Assembly: GCA_030593165.1 (NCBI GenBank) | Contig: JAUVHR010000001.1 | Span: 25,025-89,024 of the forward strand | Direction of reading: 5' to 3' | DNA from: Candidatus Thorarchaeota archaeon | Lineage (GTDB): Archaea; Asgardarchaeota; Thorarchaeia; Thorarchaeales; Thorarchaeaceae | DNA: 64,000 nucleotides | Shown: one piece after another, positions 48,901 through 57,000 of the stretch | How the letters are laid out: the number at the start of each line of letters is the position of its first letter | Position numbering within the stretch: position 1 is the first letter of the stretch | The notes under the pieces: generated by a model | The model's input: only the letters and a program-made list of their open reading frames with translations | Told to the model about the DNA's origin: nothing | Databases searched by the model: none | Position numbers and translations under genes: made by a program

Positions 48901-51380
48901 TGACCCAATCGCTCAATGAAGATTCCTCGCTCATGGTCATTAGTGGGTGCCCTTGCTCCAGTACGATCCGGTGGCATTGCTACGTTCCAAACTATTGTAT
49001 TAACAAAGTTCTGCCACAGTGTCCCTTGATAGAATGGGGCAACACATCTTGTTGCATAGACTGTGCTACTCTGCGGAAGAGGTACGGGACGTGCAAACCA
49101 CAGGGTAGTGCTCTCGCTGGGGAGGGCTTGAATGATGGTTGTTGCAATCTCATCAAGATACTTGTGGTGTGAGTCCGGTGTGCTTCGACGAAGGGTCTCC
49201 CAGCCCGAAACCACTATGATAGGGTCTCGCCCCTCTCTCAGTATATCATCTATCCTTTTCCGGAGAGTGCCGATACGCTCACCATTATAGATACATGCCT
49301 CCACTTGATTCGACAGGTCCTTCACCTGGACACGTCGTTTGAAGAATCGTCTGATTGGGTCAGGCTGATACCTCAATCTAAACTGTTTCTTTCTTAGAAT
49401 AGGGTCATTGTACTCACCAACAAGGTCAAACCAGTACACGTCACGATGTCGCGCAAGACCATGCACGAACTCTAACCCATGCCATCGCTCTGCAATCACT
49501 GCAGCAGACTGGGAAGGAGAGCCTCCTCCCGGAACGGTGAGATAGAGGATGAACTCTTTCTGGTCCACAACTCGCTCACTGAATGGTTCTAGTGGAATAG
49601 GAGTGCTCAACTGCACAGTATCAGTGGCGGGTTTGGCAACAGAAAGCATTCTCATCGCGATTCTTAGGCGAGTATCATCATCAGAGGGGAAGAGGAGGTC
49701 GCCCTCAGATAACGTCCCATCAACACATCCATTGTACACTCTCAAGACAAGAGGAAGTACTGCATTACTGATGTCCTTCCAGTCCTGATACGAGTCGACG
49801 ACCAACACAGCTTTTACAAGCTTTTTCTGAGCATCAACATCCTTCCACATCACATTCTGATAATCTGTGAGAATAGAATCTTCATAGGCATCCAGTTGCT
49901 CAGTTTCGTAAGGATCGGGGGTGTTTGTGAGGACGTTCTCCCACTCGTCATTGGTCAGTTCTCTCCGATCCAAGACGAATTCACTCACTACATCATCCCT
50001 GTGAATAGAGCCTGACTCGATTCCATAGATATCGAAATCAAAAGCGCTCTTGGTCTTCAGGTCAATGACCATGAAGGGCTCACAAATCACGAGAGATGGA
50101 CCTCCATCAACCCGGGTCAGTTGCTTTGCCCGAGCCAATACGAGATCAGCTCGTCCTCTTCCTCCATCAATTGGGACTTCAGAGAGAAGAATGAGTCCTG
50201 AATCATCATATGCCATCTCTTTCCCGTGGTACACGATACCATTGAAACTGAAGGGGCTCTGGAAGTTGTGGGATACAAACCTGTGGATACGAACACCTAT
50301 TCTCCTGCTCTGTTCCTTTGCATGCCCCAAGAGTTCTTCAGAGTCCTTAGCTGTCAGAGTGTCACTCTCTAGCAAGTCCTCGGCGGTCTTGATGAAATCA
50401 GGATCCAGAACAACTCCCTCGTTCTTTGCAGAAGTGATTGCTTCTTGTAGGAAGTGGGTCTGTGATTCTTCCTCATCAGCTCTCTTCTCTTCCGTGTCCT
50501 CGATGACCTCATCTGACGTTTCTGCTCTGTCCTCAATAGCATCATCTGGTGTCAGGTCCTCCTCTGAAGGAGCATCCTCCGACACTGATTCCCAAACCTC
50601 TGACGTGATGGACTGACGTTGACCGTTCCTAGTACCATACTCTCTCTTTATCTGCTCTATAACGATTCTGAGTTCCTTGAGTCCACCTCGAACGTAATTC
50701 GGTCTACCAGACCTTCGCTCCGTGTAGACATAGTCCATGAAGGGGAGGAGCCTGAAGAGTAGTGCTTCGATGTACTTCTTGGCTTCCTTTAGTGGAACTC
50801 CATACTTCAGGCACTGTCTAGCAAGCTCCATCAGAGGGCTCCTGATCATATCTCCAAAATCGAGCTCTGTCAGATGGTTGTGCCTGACTGAATATTTCGG
50901 AGTCTTCGTTGATCCATGATACCCAAGTGCCAAAGACCCATCACTTCTCTCAATTGGAACAGGTTTCGGGAAGATATATCTCGATTTCACGACATCTCGT
51001 ATTCTGCTCCCGGCATAGTCCCAGAGGATGTTCAGATACTTCTTATTGCCCTCCTCCCGTTTCACACGTTTGGTTTCAGTGTTGCCATACCTCACCGAGG
51101 TCTTTAACATGATTCGAGAGAAGCTCCTTCGAAGAACATGTTCGACCTTGAGGAGTACTGATGCATCAGGGTGACGTTGAATTACAGTCTGCTGGTAGTT
51201 CCTCTTAGCCTCATCCCATATCTTTGCCATTCCCTTGATCCTATTCCCCTGTCCAAAGTACAACGGTCTTGACTTGCCTGTAGCTCTATCTCTGGCCAGT
51301 GCAAGTGTGATAGCCATACTCATCTTGAAGGCAGTAGTAAGAATTCTTGCAGGGTTTCGAGGATATTTATGATTAGCCAC
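45975..51380 (-). CDS. giant orphan protein (1801 aa): basic N-terminal domain, acidic linker, PD-(D/E)xK-like motif, ~1350-aa uncharacterised C-terminal region
   Basis: A single uninterrupted ORF. No Walker A, polymerase, helicase or recombinase motif was recognised. Residues ~395-445 (SEVPIDGGRGRADLVLARAK...EPFMVIDLKTK) fit D...D/E-x-K. Confidence 0.75.
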   Translation of the reverse strand: MANHKYPRNPARILTTAFKMSMAITLALARDRATGKSRPLYFGQGNRIKGMAKIWDEAKRNYQQTVIQRHPDASVLLKVEHVLRRSFSRIMLKTSVRYGNTETKRVKREEGNKKYLNILWDYAGSRIRDVVKSRYIFPKPVPIERSDGSLALGYHGSTKTPKYSVRHNHLTELDFGDMIRSPLMELARQCLKYGVPLKEAKKYIEALLFRLLPFMDYVYTERRSGRPNYVRGGLKELRIVIEQIKREYGTRNGQRQSITSEVWESVSEDAPSEEDLTPDDAIEDRAETSDEVIEDTEEKRADEEESQTHFLQEAITSAKNEGVVLDPDFIKTAEDLLESDTLTAKDSEELLGHAKEQSRRIGVRIHRFVSHNFQSPFSFNGIVYHGKEMAYDDSGLILLSEVPIDGGRGRADLVLARAKQLTRVDGGPSLVICEPFMVIDLKTKSAFDFDIYGIESGSIHRDDVVSEFVLDRRELTNDEWENVLTNTPDPYETEQLDAYEDSILTDYQNVMWKDVDAQKKLVKAVLVVDSYQDWKDISNAVLPLVLRVYNGCVDGTLSEGDLLFPSDDDTRLRIAMRMLSVAKPATDTVQLSTPIPLEPFSERVVDQKEFILYLTVPGGGSPSQSAAVIAERWHGLEFVHGLARHRDVYWFDLVGEYNDPILRKKQFRLRYQPDPIRRFFKRRVQVKDLSNQVEACIYNGERIGTLRKRIDDILREGRDPIIVVSGWETLRRSTPDSHHKYLDEIATTIIQALPSESTTLWFARPVPLPQSSTVYATRCVAPFYQGTLWQNFVNTIVWNVAMPPDRTGARAPTNDHERGIFIERLGQPLERMMIGIEPLRGWGKDFRSGGRKSKAVFHRGTGSSSPQYSSEHMEKKLERAMEFIPHLLSQNEYSKGPDSNLSLKIEHVTSGYDMPQDPSPMLSFRPSQVYAQKEDDGQVDVQTQKDVDGRVKLLLPMATINQRREYRHMELDVAPPKRCTLPPSEYYLSVSEMDDYRIALREIRYLRDTIKFLRLDDGSHLIELLDHLSEALDSTSEEIYLEDTPTLMNRLRLVRQILETNPLSVEVWERLLPLRSTVPRDLTLAQREHVTTIQKRHPDILVVTGNHLFLLILTVLGSIPDTAFTEVHHSLWDYVQPWHLVCLGLRPAYPRSHRTGRSVLDRHRLLKRLQQRVIAHNKSLDLQVSLTNVRFGQLIALPSSRAAGSTCFWLLFQRTPGIYDMNAALLSPKGVNPSLSPLRLLHEMVSARTYWSESNLNLLSQYAKLQGDEVRVPVMIADYQGLQVLWVRDREHRRWTPVGRVHCTTRRFEDVTLIRTISLSADPHLQPVGFDDVRTPIHQVRSLVDIALLILNKGLKKCTPAICKITLDEEERMYKITFEEKASDELLGELLINRTVDLLEILRRPDNECEPVIINGKRLIWNRFKDISYDEDVALLRPWVNRHKPFVGLPLKLPPTANELLDASKGFDMTLELYHDPWTCPLRHTSMEAIQKAHHRSKTLGHLYQFRYESDWAEPERVSNEPGIHHGSCWRVHVDSTQTLTPELIGLMEARFTDTQVRALLSSQELVYWSSPQQEWVTHTFKIVVRRECIEEVRESWHLRVMLEELTGRRLDPDLPGAHLRDPDRWSPFFAITPEYVTVGLREKSSEQTRERKIPERNVALWTTSEVQEFLEQAMKVFLEEIGVRADRRMTAAIREEMAVAVEMYGVEEDQARVEFFLATIGEDSAGGRVMYVVLESEDQSHKVPVTGHLHDFREFGRIDTEDFESEVRSILGEFNLSEEDEDSAVEECVRLMRMEKLIKR

Positions 51381-51504
51381 ATGTCCTATTAAACTTAATA
51401 TATAATAAATTCTTCGGGTAATTCGACTTTAATAAAAAACTGAATAGCTACGGTATTTCGTTTCAATTGGCCAATTTGGTGTCCTCATATCGTGCAATCT
51501 TAAT

Positions 51505-51614
51505 AACTTTATAAGAGATTTTCCAATACAAATGTACGAGTTCAAAAGTTCCCTTCGGGACAAGAAAGGGAGTGAACTCAATTGACCAGAAACGGGTCAG
51601 AACTTTATAAGAGA
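51505..51614. promoter_or_regulatory. two copies of aactttataagaga (TATA-box-like) in the divergent intergenic region
   Basis: Exact 14-mers at 51505-51518 and 51601-51614. The second ends 9 nt before the ATG at 51624, which is too close to that ATG for a standard TATA-to-start spacing. Confidence 0.45.
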
Positions 51615-51623
51615 ATCAGGCGA

Positions 51624-53315
51624 ATGACAATGGCTCGGTCCAAGGGTGTGACAATCGCGGTCAAGGTCCCTGTTAAGTGGGAATCGATGACTGAGAGGAC
51701 TAAGCAGAGGCTTAGGCAGACCGTTGGAAGAGACACTAGAGTGATTCGTGCATTCTTAGGGATAATGGAACAGCATGAAGACGAGTTGCTAACAGGTAAG
51801 AGCAGAATAAGAATTAACGACGGTGAGCTGGACCGGCTGACCATGACTGCACTCAAGGTCAAATCAGGAGCCAGTCAGAGAACCAGTGTTCCACATGACT
51901 TCAAGGTTCGATTTCCTCGAATCTCTCAGAACGAGATGACCGAGTGTAGACAGACTGCTGTCGCACTCTATGAGAGTTATCTCAGACTGAGAAAAAAGAA
52001 GGGGCGAAGAGCTTCACGTCCTACTTCAATCAATTGTAGTCGACGGATACCACGATGGGTCTTTTCCCAGAGATTCAAGCTTGTTGAAAAGAAGACCTCT
52101 ACCTCTCGATGGTGGCTTGATATCCGCGATGCTCTTGACTCAGTGCAAGAGGGGAGATCTCATCATGACAGACTGGTGGTCCCTCTCAAGATATCACCCC
52201 ACCACCTGAACCAGATCAGACGCGGTGAAGTGAAAGCCGTACAGCTCTTCACTGATAGACAACGAAAGTGGTGGCTAACAATTGCAGTTCGAATCACTAT
52301 CAATGAATCTCCAGAGGAGCATCTTCCCGTTGCTATCCTTGGAATTGACCTTGGTATTGAGAAGGCAGCTTGCTCAACCCTTCTTACTCCTGAGAAGACA
52401 CGAGAGACCCAATACTTTGTCCAGAGGGAGAAGGTCAAGTCAATCAAGAAGTACGATAGACTTGTTGCAGCTCTGCAAAGGGAGATGCATACTCGACAGA
52501 ACAATGGACTTGCATATGATGGGGTCACTGATAAGCTCGGTCACATGCGGTCCAAGAGAGAGAATGTTGCAAGGGAGTATGACCGGGTTCTTGTTCGACA
52601 GCTCCTCAACTACATCTCAGAACTCTCCAAGAAGTACACCCTCTATGTAGCCATTGGTCGCCTGAAGAATATACGAATGCGTGCTAAGCGAGGTAACTAC
52701 CAGGGGCGAAGGTTCAGAGGAATGATACACTCATGGGCCTTTGCTAGAATAACTGACAGTCTAAAGCATGGACTGGCTCAGCTTGGTTGGAAGGTTGATG
52801 GAAAGGACCCAAGGTTCAGAGCTGTTCCTGAGGGGTGGACGTCCATCATGTGCTGGATGTGTGGGAGCAAGGGAACTCGTCCCAAGCAGAACTACTTCCA
52901 CTGCCCATCTTGTGGTCACAAGACCAATGCTGATAGAAATGGTAGTATCAATATTGCTGCGCGCATGCTCAAGCTCACAAAGTCATTGCACAATGTGAGA
53001 GGACTAGGCCTGTGGACTAGAGCTCTTCAAAAGGCTCGACGTGCGCGACCGAAAGCCCAAGGGAGAATCTCGAAGAGATTGTCAAAAGGGAAGTCTTTAC
53101 TCTCCAAGAAAGGACCAACATCAGGTTCTGGAGAGTCCGCGGCCGTTCACCATGCTCAGATGAGTCTTCTCAGTTTCAGTGATGAATCTGGGATGGGTGA
53201 TAATGACCCTGCCGTGGGAAGAACTGTGGAAACACTCACTGTCGCTGGAAGTGATGGACCAGCTAAAGCACAGGAGAAAGAGGCCAGGACTGTAGGAGGG
53301 ATCCCATCCCGATGA
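51624..53315 (+). CDS. tnpB: TnpB / IS200-IS605 OrfB-like (Cas12-related RuvC + Zn-finger) protein with a ~115-aa low-complexity C-terminal tail; the track ORF starts at TTG 51582
   Basis: RuvC-I is ILGIDLGIEKAA. Also present are HSWAFARI, TS-I-MCWMCG...CPSCG (Zn finger) and RuvC-III (NADRNGSINIAARM). The block where RuvC-II hhhEDL is expected reads YVAIGRLKNIR. Confidence 0.8.
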   Translation: MTMARSKGVTIAVKVPVKWESMTERTKQRLRQTVGRDTRVIRAFLGIMEQHEDELLTGKSRIRINDGELDRLTMTALKVKSGASQRTSVPHDFKVRFPRISQNEMTECRQTAVALYESYLRLRKKKGRRASRPTSINCSRRIPRWVFSQRFKLVEKKTSTSRWWLDIRDALDSVQEGRSHHDRLVVPLKISPHHLNQIRRGEVKAVQLFTDRQRKWWLTIAVRITINESPEEHLPVAILGIDLGIEKAACSTLLTPEKTRETQYFVQREKVKSIKKYDRLVAALQREMHTRQNNGLAYDGVTDKLGHMRSKRENVAREYDRVLVRQLLNYISELSKKYTLYVAIGRLKNIRMRAKRGNYQGRRFRGMIHSWAFARITDSLKHGLAQLGWKVDGKDPRFRAVPEGWTSIMCWMCGSKGTRPKQNYFHCPSCGHKTNADRNGSINIAARMLKLTKSLHNVRGLGLWTRALQKARRARPKAQGRISKRLSKGKSLLSKKGPTSGSGESAAVHHAQMSLLSFSDESGMGDNDPAVGRTVETLTVAGSDGPAKAQEKEARTVGGIPSR

Positions 53316-53439
53316 TGACAGACAATGCTCTTGCTAACTGTAAGTTCTTCTTGAATTTGCAGGGTGGTGACACTGGCAAGAGAGGGGCGGAACACAGAAG
53401 TTTCAAGTTGGCGTTCACTCAACTAATATGAAATTGGTC

Positions 53440-53467
53440 ATGCTAGACCGGACTACACTACAGGGGC
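53440..53467 (-). repeat. intron-less duplicate of the first 28 nt of tRNA-Asp
   Basis: The reverse complement GCCCCTGTAGTGTAGTCCGGTCTAGCAT equals exon 1 plus the start of exon 2 of the 45664-45801 gene, with the D-loop intron absent. Confidence 0.85.
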
Positions 53468-53748
53468 TAAACAGGCCCAATCTTCGATTTTCTATTAAAG
53501 TTGTCGTTATATTTGCTGGCAAAAACGTAACCCTTTTACCGGTTTATGCGTCATAATCCATGGCTTTGAGTCTTGTAAGCCGCTAGATGATATGCTATTT
53601 TATCGCTTTATCGCAATCCTTTTATGGTTTCGAAAAACCCCGTCCGCTGCTCAGTTCGAACTGCTTCCCACTCATGTATGACCATAGATTGTATTATGCG
53701 TGAGCATACAATACCCTACATGGTCTGATGCTTGGTGTGCTGACGAAG

Positions 53749-53853
53749 GGGCTCGTGGCGCAGACAGGTAGCGCAGCAGGCTTTTACACTTGTTCCCATG
53801 GAATAAGTAAAGAAACCTGATGGCCGCGGGTTCAAATCCCGCCGAGCCCGCCA
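53749..53853 (+). tRNA. tRNA-Lys(UUU) with a ~28-nt canonical intron
   Basis: Acceptor is GGGCTCG/CGAGCCC. D arm is GCGC-AGACAGGTA-GCGC. The anticodon arm is GCAGG-CTTTTA[intron]A-CCTGA. T arm is GCGGG-TTCAAAT-CCCGC. Confidence 0.75.
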
Positions 53854-54016
53854 TAGAGTTTCCTTTGTTAGTGCTGGGGACAGATCACAGAGCAAACAAA
53901 CGGGGCAACTACTGCGGTATCTGAATGAGCTCGGATTTTCTGAGGTCATGCGTTGGGAAGCGCAGAGTTTCGCGGTGGTACACCCCGTCCTCATCAAGTG
54001 TCAGGTGTCATGTTTA

Positions 54017-57000
54017 ATGTCAGACGCAAAAGAACGGGGCAAATATTGGCCAGTCATTGAAGCTTTCTTTAGTCACTACGGTCTAGTAGGACAACATCTA
54101 GACTCATTCAACAGATTTGTGAGAGAAGAGCTTCAACAAGTCGTTGATAGTGTTGCTGAGCTAAAGCCAAAGGTGGAAGGCTACACAGTTGCACTTGGCA
54201 GGCTCACAATTAATCCACCTTCAGTCCGAGAGGCTGACGGAAGTGAACATTCTCTGTATCCTAACGAGGCAAGGATTAGGAACCTGACTTATGCAAGCAA
54301 GATATTCCTTGAGTGTACTCCCATCCGTAAAGAGGGTTCAGTCACTACACGCCTAGAAACTCTACGTATCTACATTGGAGATCTCCCAATTATGCTGCGT
54401 AGCGAGAGGTGTCTTCTACATGGCATGTCAGATGAGGAATTAATTCAATGTGGCGAAGACCCCAAGGACCCTGGTGGGTACTTCATCATCAATGGATCAG
54501 AACGTGTCTTGGTGACACAAGAGGATCTGGCGCCAAATAGAATTCTAATTGAGGAAGCAAGTAAAAGCTCAAGCTTCACACACGTTGCCAAGGTCTTTTC
54601 GACCTCTCGTGGTTTCAGAGCTCCTGTCACAATTGAACGGAAGCGAACTGGTGAGCTGCGCGTATCATTCCCATCCGTTCCTGGAAAGATACCCCTTGCG
54701 ATTCTGATGAAGGCACTTGGTCTAGAGTCAGACAGAGCGATTGTTGACGTAATCTCCGACGACGAAGAAATTCGCAATGAACTAATCGTGACCATAGAAC
54801 AGTCTGCTCCAATCAATGCACTTGGTGATGAAGGGGATGGTTCCACACGAACCAATGCACTAGACTTCATTGGAAAACGTGTCGCAGTTGGTCAGACCAA
54901 GGAGTACAGGTTAGCACGTGCAGAGAAAGTACTCGACAGATACCTGTTCCCTCACATCGGTACTGAGGACAAACACAGACTTCAGAAAGCATACTATCTT
55001 GGTCAAATGGTTGAGCGTCTTCTTGAGCTTGTGCTGAACAAGCGTCAGTCTGATGACAAAGACCACTATGCCAACAAACGACTGAAGCTATCAGGTGACC
55101 TACTCATGTCCCTGTTCAGAGTTGCACTCTACTCTTTGACCCGTGACATTAAGTACCAGCTTGAGCGTACTGCAGTCCGTGGCCGTAAGCCCAACATCAG
55201 AACTGCAGTCCGAGCAGATGTTATCACTCAGAGACTGAAGCATGCTCTTGCTACAGGAAACTGGGTTGGCGGAAAAGCAGGTGTATCACAGCTACTCGAT
55301 CGAACCAATCTCATCTCATCACTCTCGCACCTGCGCAGAGTGGTATCCCCTCTGTCAAGATCACAACCACACTTCGAGGCACGAGACCTTCATTCAACTC
55401 ACTGGGGTAAGATATGTCCAAACGAAACCCCTGAAGGCCCAAATTGTGGACTGGTCAAGAATATAGCAATGATGGCATACATCTCTGTGGGTACTGACGA
55501 AGAGGCAGTAGAGAGAGCCATACTTAAGGCAAAAGTGGAACCAATCGAGATTCTAGAGGGCAAAAGAGGCTCAAAGTGGGCAGATGTATTCCTCAACGGC
55601 AGGTTGGTGGGAGTTCATCCGGCCCCAATGGTCCTTGTTAAGACAATTCGTCAACAGCGTCGTGCAGGTGAGCTTGACAATGAAGTCAACATTGCTTACT
55701 ATGAAGGCACACATGAAGTACAGGTTAACTGTGATGCAGGTCGCGTTAGACGACCAGTGATTGTTATTGAGAATGGAAAGAGTCGTCTAACAGACGAGCA
55801 TCTTAGGATGATAGCTGATGGCGAGTGGGGTTTCATTGATCTTCTTCGGAATGGAATTATCGAATTCATTGACGCCGAGGAGGAAGAGAACACCCTGATT
55901 GCAATGTATCCTTCTGAAATAGGAGAGCTGACAACTCATATGGAGATTGAACCGTCAACCATTCTTGGAATCTCAGCTGCTCTCATTCCGTTTCCTGAGA
56001 GGAACCAATCTCCCCGTAATGTGTACATGGCGGGCATGGCAAAACAGTCGGTTGGTGTACCCGCATCCAACTTCAGATTACGTGCAGACACAAGAGCTCA
56101 TGTTTTCCACTACCCACAAGTTCCACTCGTGAAGACTCGTGCCATGGATTCGATTGGATACGAAGAACGCCCTGCAGGACAGAACTTTGTTGTTGGAATC
56201 CTTTCTTTCGAAGGCTATAACATTGAAGATGCTCTCATCATGAACAAGGCATCCATTGAGAGAGGTTTGGGCAGGAGTACATTCGCCCGAGTCTACGAGA
56301 GCGAGGAACGAAAGTATCCTGGTGGCCAGGAGGACCGGTTTGAAATTCCTGACCGCAGCGTGCGAGGCTACCGAGCTTCAGAGTCCTACAGGAACCTTGG
56401 AGAAGATGGGATTATTGAAACCGAAGTAGAGGTTCAGGGAGGCGACGTACTGATTGGTCGTACCTCACCACCACGATTTCTGGAAGAGTACTCTGAATTC
56501 GAGATTGCCTCACCTAATCGTAGAGAAACCTCAGTGGCTGTTCGTCATGGAGAGGCTGGGGTTGTAGACAATGTCATTCTAACCGAAACCATCGATGGAA
56601 ACCGGCTGGTCAAGGTGAAGGTCAGAGATTTGCGTATTCCCGAGCTTGGTGACAAGTACGCTTCACGCCACGGTCAGAAAGGAGTTATCGGATACATCGT
56701 ACCTCAGGCCGATGTACCGTTCACTGAGGATGGTGTTGTACCTGATCTCATCATTAATCCACATGCTATCCCAAGTCGAATGACAATTGGTCAAATCCTT
56801 GAGATGGTTGCTGGAAAGGCTGCAGCCATGGGTGGCAAACAACAGGATGCCACAGCGTTTTGTGGCGTCACTGAAGATGAACTGTTCAAGATACTCAGTG
56901 ATAACGGCCTACAGTACAATGGCCGTGAAACAATGTATTCAGGTATCACAGGCGAGAAGCTCACAGTTGACATATTCATTGGAGTAATTTACTACCAGAA

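Larger units (their letters stand above)
45802..53439. mobile_element. ~7.6 kb insert between tRNA-Asp and a duplicated tRNA-Asp 5' end, carrying the giant ORF and the TnpB-like gene
   Basis: A 22-nt exact repeat (28 nt counted across the spliced junction) lies at 45780-45801 and 53440-53467, and the TATA 13-mer is also duplicated. The segment looks GC-richer than its flanks by eye. Confidence 0.55.

Noticed and set aside
46189-51112. Numerous plus-strand ORFs (60-188 aa) inside the giant gene. The same applies to the antisense ORFs within pan, gatE, rpoB, rpoA1 and others.
   Set aside because: They are Ser/Arg/Leu-rich shadow ORFs antisense to long, well-supported genes. They have no motifs and overlap one another.
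53680-53725. Imperfect inverted repeat gaccatagattgtat / atacaat...acatggtc upstream of tRNA-Lys
   Set aside because: The stems are short and interrupted in AT-rich DNA. It could be chance or part of the tRNA-Lys promoter or leader. Nothing links it to the element ends.
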